From Schizochytrium sp. TIO01 (Eukaryota > Protista > Bigyra: Labyrinthulomycetes): a DNA stretch of 64,000 nucleotides. Below are positions 22,009 through 35,193 of this stretch, one piece after another. The DNA lies in contig SMSO01000034.1 in NCBI GenBank assembly GCA_004764695.1, forward strand, positions 806,001-870,000, written 5' to 3'. Under the pieces are notes generated by a model. The model was not told the origin of the DNA and did not search any database. It worked only from the letters and a program-made list of their open reading frames with translations. The position numbers and the translations under genes are program-made. Position 1 is the stretch's first letter. The number at the start of each line of letters is the position of its first letter.

Positions 22009-23792
22009 GTGGGTTATTTTATCGTGCGTAGGTATGGGTCGTGCACCGAATCTGGCCGAAGCTGTGAGACCGGAGCCGTGTTGTTCTGGTCGGCGACAAT
22101 AAGTCCCTTACCATTCCAGTGGGCTTCATTGAAAGACTACATGCTCTCCGGAATGAAGATTTGGGTCAGTGCGATCTATGCTTGCTTATCGTTATTATAA
22201 AAAACACATCTCTTGTACATGTACATACACGAGGTTGAATTATGACAACCTTGTTTCTTCGGGAGACATTTTGGCGGTTTTCAGGAATGTGTTGTAAAAC
22301 TCTGAAGTTCATAATGTGCAGATGCTGCAAACTAGGCAACAATGCATTTCGTAACTGACATAATTGTTTCTTCTTTATTTAGAATGTTACTGTCAGATAA
22401 CTATATCCTTTTGTGTTTCCCAATTTGTGCCAACACTTTCAACAGCTGCTCTTTCTGGAAAACTCCTCCTCTTCGAATATCACACAATGGTAAGTATAGT
22501 TTTCTGATCAGTGATCTATAGTGTTATCTCCCAATCGTCAATTTAAATGACAAGAATGAATGGCAATTCAAGGTAGAGCATAGATGTGGCCCTGTGTTAG
22601 GGAAATTTGTGCAGAAAAACTTTGAAGGCGATATCACAAAGAAAGAATAATATTAAATTTGAATAAAAAACTTTTAAAAAAAACTAAAAAACTTTTGATT
22701 TAAGCAAAAAATGAAAGTTCATCAAATGATGACCCTAAGAGACTAGAACATCTTGAATGTGTATAAATATACGTGTAGTGGTATACTAATCTACTTCATT
22801 GGATCTTTAAAACCGGGCTATGTTCTGGCCTTTAATCCCTCTGTGTCTAGGCTGGAGCTTTGGTACGAAAATAATACTTCGTAATCATTCTATTTCATAA
22901 ACTAGAAGTATTACTTTAAAAAAGAAAAGAAAAAAAGATATCATTGCATACTTTATGTTTTAAAATAAAAATGTTAGAAAGGTCGCCTAAGAAGACCTAG
23001 TACTAATCTATTCATTCCGTTAAAAAAAAGAAATAAAAAACATTTTTTACCCCCGTTGGAAGTTGGGTCAGATCTCTTATCCTTCATTTCTAGTATTTCA
23101 GGAATTTTTGTAAGTGGAGACAAATATAGTTAGTCCCAGTTATACATGATATGACTGTATGTCATATGTGACCATCCTCGTAAGAGATCATGTTCTCCAA
23201 AGAGTTGCATCAAGTTCAAGGATTATTTTGCTCAGTGATGGAATTCAACCTGAGTCAAAATAGCTTAATGTTATGGAGGGCCCAGTTTTGATTTCAATAT
23301 AGACAGTTTTGATGAAATTTGAAGTTTTTTCTTTCTCTTTCGAAGCACCCTTTTAAAAGCATGTGATGCTCGGCGGATTCAACTCCATTTTGTTTTCTTT
23401 GTAAGTCAACATACAAGGACAGGGTACATGTTCAGTTTAGCTCAAGAAGAATATCTATCAGCACGTGGATGTTGGCGGTTTACTGCCACCCAGCTATATA
23501 GCAGAGTCACGAAGTCATCAAAAGAAATATGAGATAACAAAAGCAACGTTTTGAGCAGAGCAGATACAATTTTTTTGGTTAGCAGAGCTACTAGAGTATA
23601 TAGTTTATTGTATGTCGTAGTAGAAGAGAATCGTTGCAAGCATTGTAATGCTGCATGGATGGAGTTATGTATATAATCAGGATCAAACACCAAACTTTTC
23701 TGTTGGCGTGGTAGTAAAGGCTAAGAAACGAACGCGACAAAAGGAAACAACACGTGGCGCACGATCAACAAAGCGTAGCGTTTCCCATTAGT

Positions 23793-24602
23793 TTAACCGC
23801 GGAAGATGGAGAGGATGCAGCACCAAACGAAAGACACGGAGTGAATAAGCGGCAGACGCAAGTACACAGGTGCGGAGAAGTTAATAATGTGCATGGGGAG
23901 CCAGAAGGAGCACATACCCAAGTTATCCTGCCAAAAGTTGGTGCTCCAGTTGTGGTAAGCATAGGCAATGCGGTTGGAGAGGCTGGCCTGGACATCAGGA
24001 TCGGAGCTGAGGAGAGTCTTGAAGGTGTAGAAGGTGGGGAAGTAAAAGAACGGCTGGCAGACGGTGAAGTCGAGTGCGATTTGGCTAAAGAGAGCCTTGA
24101 TACCAGCCTTGTTCCGGATCTTCTCACGAACAGGCTGGTTGCAAAAGGTCTTCACGGCAGGAAAGAGGTATTGAAAGAGACGCACGTAGATGAACCACTG
24201 GCAGATGCCAAGGTAGGTGGTTCCAAAGAGAACAAAGAGCATGTTGCGGCGCCAGTCAATATGGTCGTTCTTCTCGACACGGGTCTGCACAATAAGATCA
24301 GCGGCAGAGGTCTTGAAAGTGGCGATGGTTACCTGGGCTTTAAACGGGTTGGCCTGGATGAAGGCGAGGATTCCCCCCAAACCTGCGGATGCGCCAACAG
24401 CGCTAGCAGTAGGCACAGCCTCGGCGACGTTGCGGAGTTTGCTGGATTCGGTCTTGAAAGTCTTGACGCGGGGGGCCAGCCCTGAGGGTACACGACTCTT
24501 GGGCATGAGCTCGGCCGTCTTCATGACAAGACCAGAGTTCATGAGAGGTGCACGGGTGCGGGTGGCTGCCGCCATGACACGCATCGAGGTGTTTCCAAAC
24601 AT
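23793..24602 (-). CDS. Mpv17/PMP22 family membrane protein with mitochondrial-type presequence (paralog A)
   Basis: ADLIVQ...DWRRN..F..FG, LDF...P..YFP.FY and FWLP...INF...P...R motifs; R/T/A/M-rich N-terminus with no acidic residue in the first ~30 aa; strong codon bias. Confidence 0.9.
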   Translation of the reverse strand: MFGNTSMRVMAAATRTRAPLMNSGLVMKTAELMPKSRVPSGLAPRVKTFKTESSKLRNVAEAVPTASAVGASAGLGGILAFIQANPFKAQVTIATFKTSAADLIVQTRVEKNDHIDWRRNMLFVLFGTTYLGICQWFIYVRLFQYLFPAVKTFCNQPVREKIRNKAGIKALFSQIALDFTVCQPFFYFPTFYTFKTLLSSDPDVQASLSNRIAYAYHNWSTNFWQDNLGMCSFWLPMHIINFSAPVYLRLPLIHSVSFVWCCILSIFRG

Positions 24603-26234
24603 TTGTCAGGTGATAATGTAGTTGCCGCAAATGTGCGTGTGAATATGTTTCTTAAGCTTTGCTTTAGCGAACGAGATCAAGATGCGGCTACCCGCCTCTC
24701 AAGTCTCGCAAGTCTCGCTGTTGGCCTGCCTGTTAGAGTTTTGCTGCTCTCGCTCCTCCACTGGAGCAGGCGTAAGGTCGGTCTTCGCAAGTACTCTTAG
24801 TCGCCACTAGCAAGTCCTACCTAGGTCCTCACTCACCACCTTTGGTGGCCACGCGTGGACCCTTGTTTGAAGACAGATAACAACAGTAAATCGATCACTC
24901 AAACAAACAAATAGCTGCAATGGAAGAAGCCGCCGGCACTGAGTGCTAGGATTGCTCTTCCCGTTTCCTGCGTGCTTGTTTGGTCGAGGGGCTGCCGGTT
25001 TCTAGTTCCGGTTTTGAAGTCCACAGAGAAAGGCTTCGTCTGCGTCGTCACTTTCGTCGCCGCAATCGAGCTCTTGTTGTGGGTCTGGTGCTCGTCGGTT
25101 GGTCGGTCTCTCTACCTGTCTTGACGCTGTTGGAAACGAAACCTTGAAGGGATCGAGGGCGCGGGAAGGGTGCAGCGAAGAGCAAGGCAAGTTTCTGTGC
25201 GTGACAGAGGCTTGGTCGTGGTCGATCTGCGACGAATCGCGTCAATCGGGGTCTGCTGATTGCCAGCTCGCGCGAGAGCCAAACTTCAAACACTCCAAAC
25301 TTCATCAACCAAAAATAGACAACAAATTCAATTTAAAAAGAAAATTGTTCAAATGTATTACTAACTATGAGGAATTATTATTAATTCCCCATTTAAAAAA
25401 TAAATAAAAAAATAAAACACTTGTGTGAATGTTTAGCATATTTCCCTATTGCCAGTACTCTCTGGTTTTTCTTTGATATTCGGGGAAAAGAAAGAAAAGA
25501 AAAGAAAAGAAAAGAAAGGTAAAGTAATATTGTTTCTTTTTCTTTTCTTTTTTTCCCCTCATTCCATTACCTCCACCTCGTGCACTGCTTTCATCATGCG
25601 TAGTCACTATTTGTTGCTCGCTCTACAATGTTGGTTTATTTATTTATTTATCTATTCACATATTTACTTATTTGTGAAAGTTGGAAAGATAGCAGCACGA
25701 TGGCCACTCTGTGTACTCTGTGTACTGCAATCACAATATTCATTCATTCATTCATTCATTCATTCTCGCGCCCCTTTTTCCCAAACCGATCTTTTCCCCT
25801 TGACTGGACAGTGCGTGGCTGTCAGTTTCCCCCTTTTGTATACTATGTATAAAACGTTAGTCTTTTGTTTTTATTCGGATTTCGATGACAGTAAAAACGT
25901 CCAGGAAAACGACAAGTACAAATGAAAGAAAATGCAGTCAATCAGTCAAAGTCGTGGCTGTGTCTCCTGCACACGTAACTAGCTTCAGGCTTCTCTCTTC
26001 TCGCTGTGCTTGCCCTCGCGCCATCTTCTGCCCCTTCTCCCTCCCTCGAAGCAGGCCCCTCTCGCTCCGCCGACCACGCTTTGACTGCAATGTATCGCAA
26101 CGCAGAGCGAGTCTGCTTACTTCTCTTGCGAGGTTTCGGAAAATGGCGTACCACCGAGCCTACTGGATCCATAGCTAGTTCTAACCCAGTTCTACCGACT
26201 CTTCAAAAAAAAAAAAAAAAAGAGAAATAGAAAT

Positions 26235-26269
<35 letters not shown>

Positions 26270-26684
26270 AAAGGAGAAGAGAGAAAGAAGACCCTATTCC
26301 ATGCTCTGTCTGCTCCTCCTATTGATTCCCAGTTCCTTCTCGACCGAGTTTACGCCGCCTCTTCGTCTGTTTGTTTGTTTTTCACTGGAGGCTTTGTTTC
26401 ATCCTGCGCAAGAGTCAATCGATCACTGCCTCCATCTTAAAGTAGGCAGGCAGGCAGTAGCACCACCTCCTATGAGCTTAGTCCCGCGTTAGCTGCTGCT
26501 TCTCTGCAAGACACGGAGCCTCCCGTGTCTTGGGCACGCGGCGGCATCAGCTACGAGGCCTCGCGGCCTCGCTCTGTAAGCTCGTATGAAGGCCTCGGGC
26601 GCAGCTTCACTCACTCCCTTGTGAGTCTCCACGAGTGAGTGTGGCAGAGAGGGAGAAGGCTTTCGCTCGCTGTGGCGATTAATT

Positions 26685-26768
26685 CATCAATCAATGCATC
26701 AATCAATCAATCAATCAATACATCATCAATCAATCAATCATCAGTCAATGCATCAGTCAATCAATCAA
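26685..26768. repeat. Degenerate (ATCA)n microsatellite
   Basis: Directly visible. Confidence 0.8.
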
Positions 26769-29700
26769 ACTCTCTGTTTTGTATTTTTATTTTTGAGGTA
26801 TTTTCTTTCATTATAAAAACTACAGATTGATGAAGAGTCATAAGCAATAGGCAGACATGAGTTATGCCGCAATCGATCGATGAAAATGAATCTGAAGCGT
26901 GACACTGGAGTGTGAAAGGAGTTCTACTCGGTGGGTGGGCAGGCGCCTAGAACCACTACTGCTGCCAATTCAAAGAGAGAGAGAGAGAGATCCATCGAGC
27001 GATCGTGAAGGATTCAAACCTCTTCGCCAAGACCAAACCCCCATTTCCTTTCCTTTCCTCTTCAGCTTGCTGCTTTCATTTAATATTATGTTTCATTCTA
27101 TTATTTTTATTTAAATAGTCAAAATTTTAAAAGGGAGGAGTAATTTCATCATATTGTTTCGGCATGAAGAAGACGCTTTGCAAACAAACAAACAAACAAA
27201 CACCACTTCTGGGTTGATTTTGCCATTTTAAAAAGAAAGAAAAAGGAATTAAAAACGCAAAATAGATGAATATTTACGGACCTTCGCATAGAGTCATTGT
27301 TGTGTGCTCAAAGTTGAGTCAACTGACGCAGGCAGCGAATTCGCGAGACCTCTGTTGCACAGTCCCGCACAATAACGAATGCCCAAGCAGACAGTCAGAC
27401 AGTCAGACAGACAGACGAACTGCGCCGCCTTCGCAGCGGCTTTGCAGTGGCTCTGCAGAGAGAGCAGCGAAAGGGGGCACTCGAGATTCGCGCGCTCGTC
27501 TTTTCACCGCGAGGCCGCCGTTCTCCGCTTCTTCTGTGCAGTATTGTTGTTGTTCATTCATGGTTGAGTTGCCGCTGATTTTTACTTGATTTGGTTTACT
27601 TACTCTACTCATTGGCCTACTTACTTAAACAGGTACTCTAACAGTAGCAGTCCCTAAGAGCTGCGATGCAAAGACTTTATCGTTGGTGCCTCTCTCTGCT
27701 ACTGTGGAGGTAGACAGGTAAGAGCGCTTTGTATTTTGATGGATTGTTTCTTCAAACAAAAGACACGAAAAAGGGGCACCTAAGAACCCATGCCATGCCA
27801 TACATGCTCGCTCGCTTGCTTTCTCTAGCTAGAGTTAGCTAGCTAAAGGTACCTAGTGGCCACTTAGTGTAAGTTGGCAGTGAACGAGCGATGAAATAAT
27901 CTGCTTTTCGTTGTTAGTGATAGGCTTTGAGGTTTGTGAGATGGAGTACAGGCTGAGGGAATGGACGCATGCGTTGGATGTGATTGAAGTCGGGAGGGCA
28001 TGCTTATTATAATAAATTACATTCTACTTAACTTGCAGGTACTTGAATCGCTCATCAGCTTTGGGTTTACGGATGTGCTGCACCGTAATCAGTTCGACTG
28101 ATCATTCCTTCGGTCAACTTGAGCTTTTTGCCAGTCTATGGATCTTACTTATCAATAAACCAACCCTTCATAATTAAAATTTTTACACTTGGGATCTTGA
28201 ACGCTGCTGCTCGTACTGGTCTCTTTGAACAGCCATGATAGTTGGCAATCGAAGTCCATTCTAGACAGACTCAAGGCCACGGCGTCAAAACAATCCACAC
28301 GGGTTGAGCGGGAAACGAGATGAACTTCTGAGGCGACCAAGCCAGGCTTCAGAGTACTTTCTTAGGTACCTAGCTACTTATCTAAACCGCTGCAGACAAT
28401 TCTGATTGTTCTTCGCGTGCTACCTACCTACATATGCCTACCATGGATAGGTAGGTAGGTACCACAACTAGGTCCATCCTGTTTCTTCAAGCCTCATATG
28501 TCCCCACTGTCGATTCACTCACTCTGACTAGCTAGGGCTAGCAACTTCTTCAAACGTTTTGGCTTCGGTACAAACTCGACTCAGAAGCTGCTGCCCTCCC
28601 TGTGGAAAGGTATAATAAGCACCTGTGAGCGTACCTTCTGTCTCGCAAGTATTGGTTCTATTCTCTCTTTGGACAGACAGTGCCATGGTGGGAAAATGGA
28701 TGAGTAATGTCAAAATAACCACCAGAGCAAGAGAATCACCGACTCTGAATCGATTGCTCAAGCTGACATGGGGATTCCGTCACAATGACTTTATGGTAGA
28801 GGTGGCCTTGTCTTGACGTGGGTGGCTAGCTAGCTATTGATCCCATCGATCGCGAATCATTACTCTCTATCTAGTACCAAGTTGTTCTCAAGATTTCATT
28901 CATTTATTCATTCATTCATCCATTGGTTCATTCATTCACTACAAATGAAATGAGGTTTCTACGTACTGCCTACGTAGGTTCCCACAACAAGTACTACGAA
29001 AGGAAGAGAGAGAGAGAGACACCCGTGATGCGTCGTCGGGACAGGACCCGAGTGTTCCTCCGTTCTCTCCAAGGTTCTCTCTCTCTGACTTCGAAACCTG
29101 CCCCCACCTCAGCTTGAAGCTGCTTCAGAGTCTACGAATTCTGTTATGTGAAGAAATCATTTGGGGACCATGTTCTGTGCCTCTCATTGTCAAATCGCTA
29201 TTTCGTAGTATTTATAGACGTATACATACATCTTACCAGTATGTATTTATTTATTATATGAATATAAACATTCAATTTTATAGTCATTTACTTCATTTAA
29301 AAGGGGGAAAAATAAAAAATAAAAATAAGGAGCACAAAAAGAAAAGAAAACTTATTTTCTTTCACTCACTTTCACTCAGCTTCATCCAGATTGCCTTTCG
29401 ACTTTATCATCATATACCGTCATTCATTGTCTTCAAACAAAATACCAAGATGGTGGTAGTAAGTACCATTCTGACAAAGGGTTGGAAAAGGGAGGTCTTA
29501 CAGTTGGAATCTGAGGTTAGTCGAGGAGGCGGCTGGGTTGGTTTATTTACTCTACGAAGCACCGAAAGAAGAGATAGACGAGACGAAGCGACTCAGCCTT
29601 CTTTCTTTCTTCTTTCTTTCTTTCTTTCTTTCTTTATTTAATTCGCCAGACCAGACCAGACCAGACGAGGACTCACTGGCTGCGTCGTAGGGCTGCCGAA

Positions 29701-32700
29701 GCGCTTGATGGAGAAGCACCTGGTTTCCCAGCAAGCAACCCATGGTGACATCTGCACGCTCAAGCTTCAAGCTGGTCTTACGGACGGCCACGGTTGCCTT
29801 GAACAGACTTCGCAGAGGCTGTCGATTCGAATGCATTCGATGAGAGTCTCTCACTCACTCCCTTTGTGATCATTGTGAAATCGTTTTTTTCACAGTGCGA
29901 GGGAGGAAGAAGCAAGCTCGACCTCCTTCTGGTATCAGAATGAATGAGTGACTGAGTGAAAGAATGAATGAATTTACTTACAACGAACAAAAAGTGACTT
30001 CAGGGTAAATCAAGATCCAGGCAGGTCTTCTGAGTTGTCATCTTATGCGTTTCACCAGAGCGTAGATCGTCTCCGCCGAGGCCAGGCTCAGGCAGAACTG
30101 CACACGCAATCAATCGATCTCCTTTCTTCTTCTCCTCTCCGAAGTCTCCGCGGGGCCTGCCAAACAAAACGATCGACTGCTCCGTGGTCTGCCTCAAACT
30201 CGCGCCTCTTGCTGCATCTGTATATGTACATCTGTGTAATCAAGTTCCTGCGGTGCTCGACCACGGCGGCCACAATCGTCTTTAGACGGTCACGCTGTGT
30301 ACCCATTAATCTATCTATCTATCGATGTATCTATCGATGTATCTATCTATCTCTAGACTAGAGCTATCCGTCTGACTACCACTTCGATGGACTCTGCGTG
30401 AGTAGTAGTGTGGGCGTGAAGGGAGAAGTAGGTCTTGGAGTATAGCTGATCGATCACCCATCTCCAAGAGCACGAAGTCCTAGAGGCTCGTTTGGCGTTA
30501 GGCAGTCTCTGAGTCGAAGTTTGGGAGAGGTGAGGCCCTCTCGACCTCACTCGCTCGCTCGCAGAGGTGGACCATCCGCAGACAGACACGCCCTGCCCTG
30601 GCCTTTCTTTCCACCGCTCGATTAGGCGTCGCAGTTTGCCGTCTGCTTTATTTCGTGCGTGTTGCCAGTAGAGCCTGTATATAAATATGAAATATATGTT
30701 CGTGCTGGTTCGTTGAGGCCGAATGCAGAAGGCGTCTTTGCGCTGCACGGGCCTTTCGAACTCGTCCGCTTTACTGGAAAAGTATTCGAGCTGATTGGCA
30801 CATCATTAAGCACTCTCAAGTTTGGTTTGCAGGAGCGAGGAAGATCTCATCTCTCGTTTCTTTTTTGATTTTGGTTATTATAAATCAACCTCCAAAAAAG
30901 GGACAAATGCGAGGCTCTGAAAAAATGAAAAATAACGCACGAGAGCGCCTCGAACTCATGCAATTTATATAGAAAGCGCAAGCTTTAGGTCCATTTGAAC
31001 AAGATAAGAAGGAAACAGCAATGGCAAAGAAGAAAAGACCATTCTCATTCTCATCCTCATCCTCATCCCACGCTTCTTTTTGGTTTTTAGTTTCGTAGTT
31101 CTTATATTATTATTTAAAAGTTATTTTAAAAAAATTAACCTTAAAAGTTTAAAAGTTCTATTTATTTTAAAACATTTTCATTAAAAAAAATGTTAAATTT
31201 AACTTAATAAAAACAAATAACAATTCAAGAGTTAGTTAGTCGAAGAAGTTGAGAAAGAAACACTCTCATAGAAAAAGGCAATCTCGCACACACCAAAAGA
31301 AAGGCCTCAGCATCCAAGACGAGAAATAACCACGCTGCTACATCCATCCACCCCTGCTGCTGCAAAAACGCATCCCTGCCCGGAGTGCGCTTCAAAGGCA
31401 GCGTTTGCTATGACCGACCATCACCCTCCTCGATCTACGAGCAAAGCTAGCTAGCTATCTAGCTAGCTAGCTATCTATCTACAAACGCTCCCAAGCTCAG
31501 CCTGAGCGACTCGCTCACATATATATATGGACAGACGCAGAGAGAGACATGGCCACAGAGACAACATACATTTACACATAGATATAATAGATAGATAGAT
31601 ATGTATGCATGTATACACACTGACAGAGTCGCCTTCGTTCCAGTGCGTTCCCCTTCGTTTCGAGACAGCGCCCCTGACCCCTTATCGAAGCACCGCGCGG
31701 AACCCAAACGCACGCATTCATCTCCCTTCGCGCCGGTGACAGATGGGCCAAGTCAGCGCAGGATCGCCTGCTTACGAGTACGTGCCTGCCTACGAACAAG
31801 TTCCGTGAAGGGGTTTCCGTTCGGTTCTCCACTGCAGCAGTATCTATCCAACCGCGGCTCCCCAACTAGGCGGCGTCTCCGCCCTCTTTTCTTTTCCTGC
31901 GCCGCATCTTCTGAAGGGACCGACTTCACGCATACACGGGCGCACACCCCTCGCGCTAGGGGCCTGGTAGGAGGGCCTAGCTAGCGCTGCTGATGGCTGA
32001 AGAGGAATGGTGCATGGACCCACCCCTAATGTCCCGCACGAAAGTCCTATCTCGACGCCTAGCTGGCTCTAGAGGAGGAAGAGAGAACTTGGAGTGGGAA
32101 GAAAGCGTGGAAAAGAAAAGCCAAAGAAAAGTTGGGAAGAAAGCAAACAGAGAGAGGAACCTCTGAACCCGCTCCGCTCCGCTCTGCTCTGCTCTGCTCT
32201 GCTCTGCTCTTATGTATGCAGTAAGTCAGTCACTGAGTAAGTGCTGTTTCTCTGTTTCTCTCGCCACAAAGCGCTCGCTCAATGAGCTTATTGACACGCG
32301 AGACGTTTTCAAGCTCTGCGATGGAAAAGGACTGGGAAGAAAAAGGGCAGACAGGCGTGCACTGCTTGCTTTGAAGAACATTTCTGCTGTTTGCTATCTC
32401 TATTGTCTTCTTTTTCTTCCAAACTTTTTTTTTTTTTTCAAGTTCAAATTATGCCCCATTCTATATTTAAAATAAACAAAATAAACAAAATAATAATAAT
32501 AATAATAATAAAATAAAAAATAAAAAATAGCCTGCATCATACGAGGCCTATGAAATAAATGTTCGCTCTCGAGCAGGTACGAAATAGACACCGCTACCCT
32601 GGATGCTAGCCCTTCCTACTGCGTTCGTAGCAGGTATCTGATCCGCCGAGGCATTCAATTGCTCTTGCTGCCTGAAAGCGAAAATACTTTTCTTTCCGCG

Positions 32701-32821
32701 GATCCTGAGCAGGCGTAGGCCTAACAGCTAGCTAGCTGGTTATAGCCATAGCTGGGCGTGCCCAGGATGCCGAGGGTAGGCTATTGAGTAGCAGGTACTA
32801 GGGAGGACAGCGAAAAAAACA

Positions 32822-32859
<38 letters not shown>

Positions 32860-32861
<2 letters not shown>

Positions 32862-33230
32862 AAATCTTTGGGCGTCGCTCGCGTAAAGAAAAAGGCGGCG
32901 CAGCGAAAGAGAACGCGGCGAGGGAAAACAACAAGGGCTTTGGGGAGCGGGAAACTCCCTGCCGTGGCACTCGCCGCGTTCAAAGGGGCCGCGCAAATAA
33001 AGAGGCGGCCAGGAAGGCACCGAGAAGCGAACGCAGCGCAGCAGTGAGCGACCCCTCCCTCCAAGGGAGGCGCGACTTCGCGGTCAGACCAAGGCACGCA
33101 AGCGCAGCCAAAACTTCGCCGCAAACTTCGCCGCAAAAGTGAACCGAAGTACACACCTAGGTGCGCAGGCCCCACAGTGGGTTCTGGGTCCTCGCTGGGA
33201 AAGGTCCTTCCCTCCCGGTTCAAGTTGGAG
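32860..33230. promoter_or_regulatory. GC/CpG-rich island without a credible ORF, promoter-like
   Basis: Local GC/CpG enrichment next to (AAAG)n; contains CGAGGGAAAA and GCGGGAAA words; function inferred only. Confidence 0.3.
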
Positions 33231-34380
33231 TGGAGCCAGGCATAATGGTACTACCTGGGTTTACTTCGCTTTGGCCCAGAACATACAAATGTGCTTCGTC
33301 TTGAAGCCACGCTCGAAAGCCAGCAAGGAGCACTCCTGGCGATCTTCTTGCTTGGTAGAGGCTTCAGTATTGAATACATGTATATAATAAAATACAAAAT
33401 CGGCAGTGCCTATGGTAGCATTCCACATCTGCGGGCGTATTTCGTATAACTAAGCAGGTGCCTGCTATTCGAGTGTAAGATCAAGAGTGTCGAAAGGCGA
33501 CAGCAAATAGCATTGCTAAAGTGTACGTTGCTAATTTCTTGATGAACAACGATAGCAAGAATTCCTTTCCCTTGAAAGAAGCTACCTTGTTTCTCAAGAT
33601 AATGGTTTAGTTTAAGTTGTAGTACAGACTGAAATTAGGATAATGAATCTCTTGAATTGAGATGAACGAACGAATTGAAGTTGGGCGTCGCGGTTGCAAG
33701 CATCAGTGGTATGACAAAGATCTGTTTGCAAAGCGCTGCGGATTTGTCGAGGAAATAGTCTGATTATCGCCCCATTTGGGGATGACGAGCCGGGGCGAGA
33801 AAGTACCGTAGTAGCCTAGTGATAAAGGGATCTTCTAGCGATCCCTTTGTGATGCCCCTCACTAAACCGTCAGGGAGGTTCTTGCTGGCTGCTTGTCTGA
33901 TCTATTTCGAAAATCTAAAGAGCTATCTTCGTCCGTTAGTTGAGTGTGCAGTAACATTTCTTTCTGGCATGATTCTTTTGCTTGTTTATGCGAGAAATGA
34001 GCCTTGATTATGCACAACGACGAAAGCAAGCACTCAGAGCTTAACTGGAACCATTGGACATCAAAGGAGATATTAAATTGGTCTTTGTCAGTATGATGCA
34101 TACTCAGTTCTTGGTAAGAAAGAACTGGAGATGGGACAGTAATGCCTTTTGGCAAATCGAAGAGGGAAAAAGCAAAATGAAGTATAGCACGTAAAAGCAG
34201 GCAGGCAGCAGGAGCAGCATAAAGCATGTATATTAAATTAAGTTTAGTACCCGATTTGATAGCAGCTAGAGAAACGAATTCGGGATTTCAAGAGATCAGT
34301 ATTTGACGAAAAAATGCGACGAAAAATAGGAGACAAGCAAGTGGCATTCTTGCTTGTCAGAAACGAGGGATGCAGAGAGT

Positions 34381-35193
34381 TTACTCACCGCGGAAAACGG
34401 AAAGAATGCAGCACCAAACAAAGGAGATGGCATGGTTAAGGGGCAGACGAAGGTAGACGGGAACAGAGTAGATCACAAGGTCCATGGGGAGCCAGAAAGC
34501 GCACATGCCAAAGTTATCCTGGAAGAAGTTATCCTTCCACTTTTTGAAGGCAGAGCTGAAGCGGTTGGCAAGGCTGGCCTGGACTTCGGGATCAGTGTCG
34601 AGGAGGGTCTTGAAGCTGTAGAACACGGGAAAGTACATCAGAGGCTGAATGACGGCAAAGTCAAGAGCAATTTGACCGAAGAGAGCCTTAATACCAGCCT
34701 TGTTCTTCAGCTTATCACGGATCGATTGGTTGCAAAAAGTATCCATGGCAGGGAAAAGACGCTGGAACAGACGGACGTAGACAAACCACTGGAAGCAGCC
34801 AAGGTAAGCACCACCGAACATGATGAAGAGAGCGTTACGACGCCAGTCAATCTGCTCAAGGCCCTCGACACGCTTCTGGACCATCAGATCAGCAGCAGAG
34901 GTCTTGAGAGTAGCAATTGTGACCTGGGCAGTAAAGGGGTTAGCCTGCATGAGCGCCAAGAGACCACCAAAGCCTGCGGAGGCACCAACAGCACCGCTTG
35001 TGGGAACGGAATCAGCGACATTGCGAAGTTTGCTAGATTCAGTCTTGATGGTCTTGGCCTTGGACACAAGTGCGGTGGGCATCCGGTTCTTGGGCATCCA
35101 TTCTGCGGCCTGGGTGACCATGCGGGAGTTAACGAGGGGTGCACGGCGGCCAGTGGCGGTGGCCACAGTCCTCATGGCGACGTTTCCGAACAT
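34381..35193 (-). CDS. Mpv17/PMP22 family membrane protein with mitochondrial-type presequence (paralog B)
   Basis: Colinear with and clearly homologous to 23793..24602 (shared MFGN start, KTESSKLRNVA, KTSAADL, DWRRN, NKAGIKALF, PVYLRLPL, SFVWCCILS). Confidence 0.9.
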   Translation of the reverse strand: MFGNVAMRTVATATGRRAPLVNSRMVTQAAEWMPKNRMPTALVSKAKTIKTESSKLRNVADSVPTSGAVGASAGFGGLLALMQANPFTAQVTIATLKTSAADLMVQKRVEGLEQIDWRRNALFIMFGGAYLGCFQWFVYVRLFQRLFPAMDTFCNQSIRDKLKNKAGIKALFGQIALDFAVIQPLMYFPVFYSFKTLLDTDPEVQASLANRFSSAFKKWKDNFFQDNFGMCAFWLPMDLVIYSVPVYLRLPLNHAISFVWCCILSVFRGE

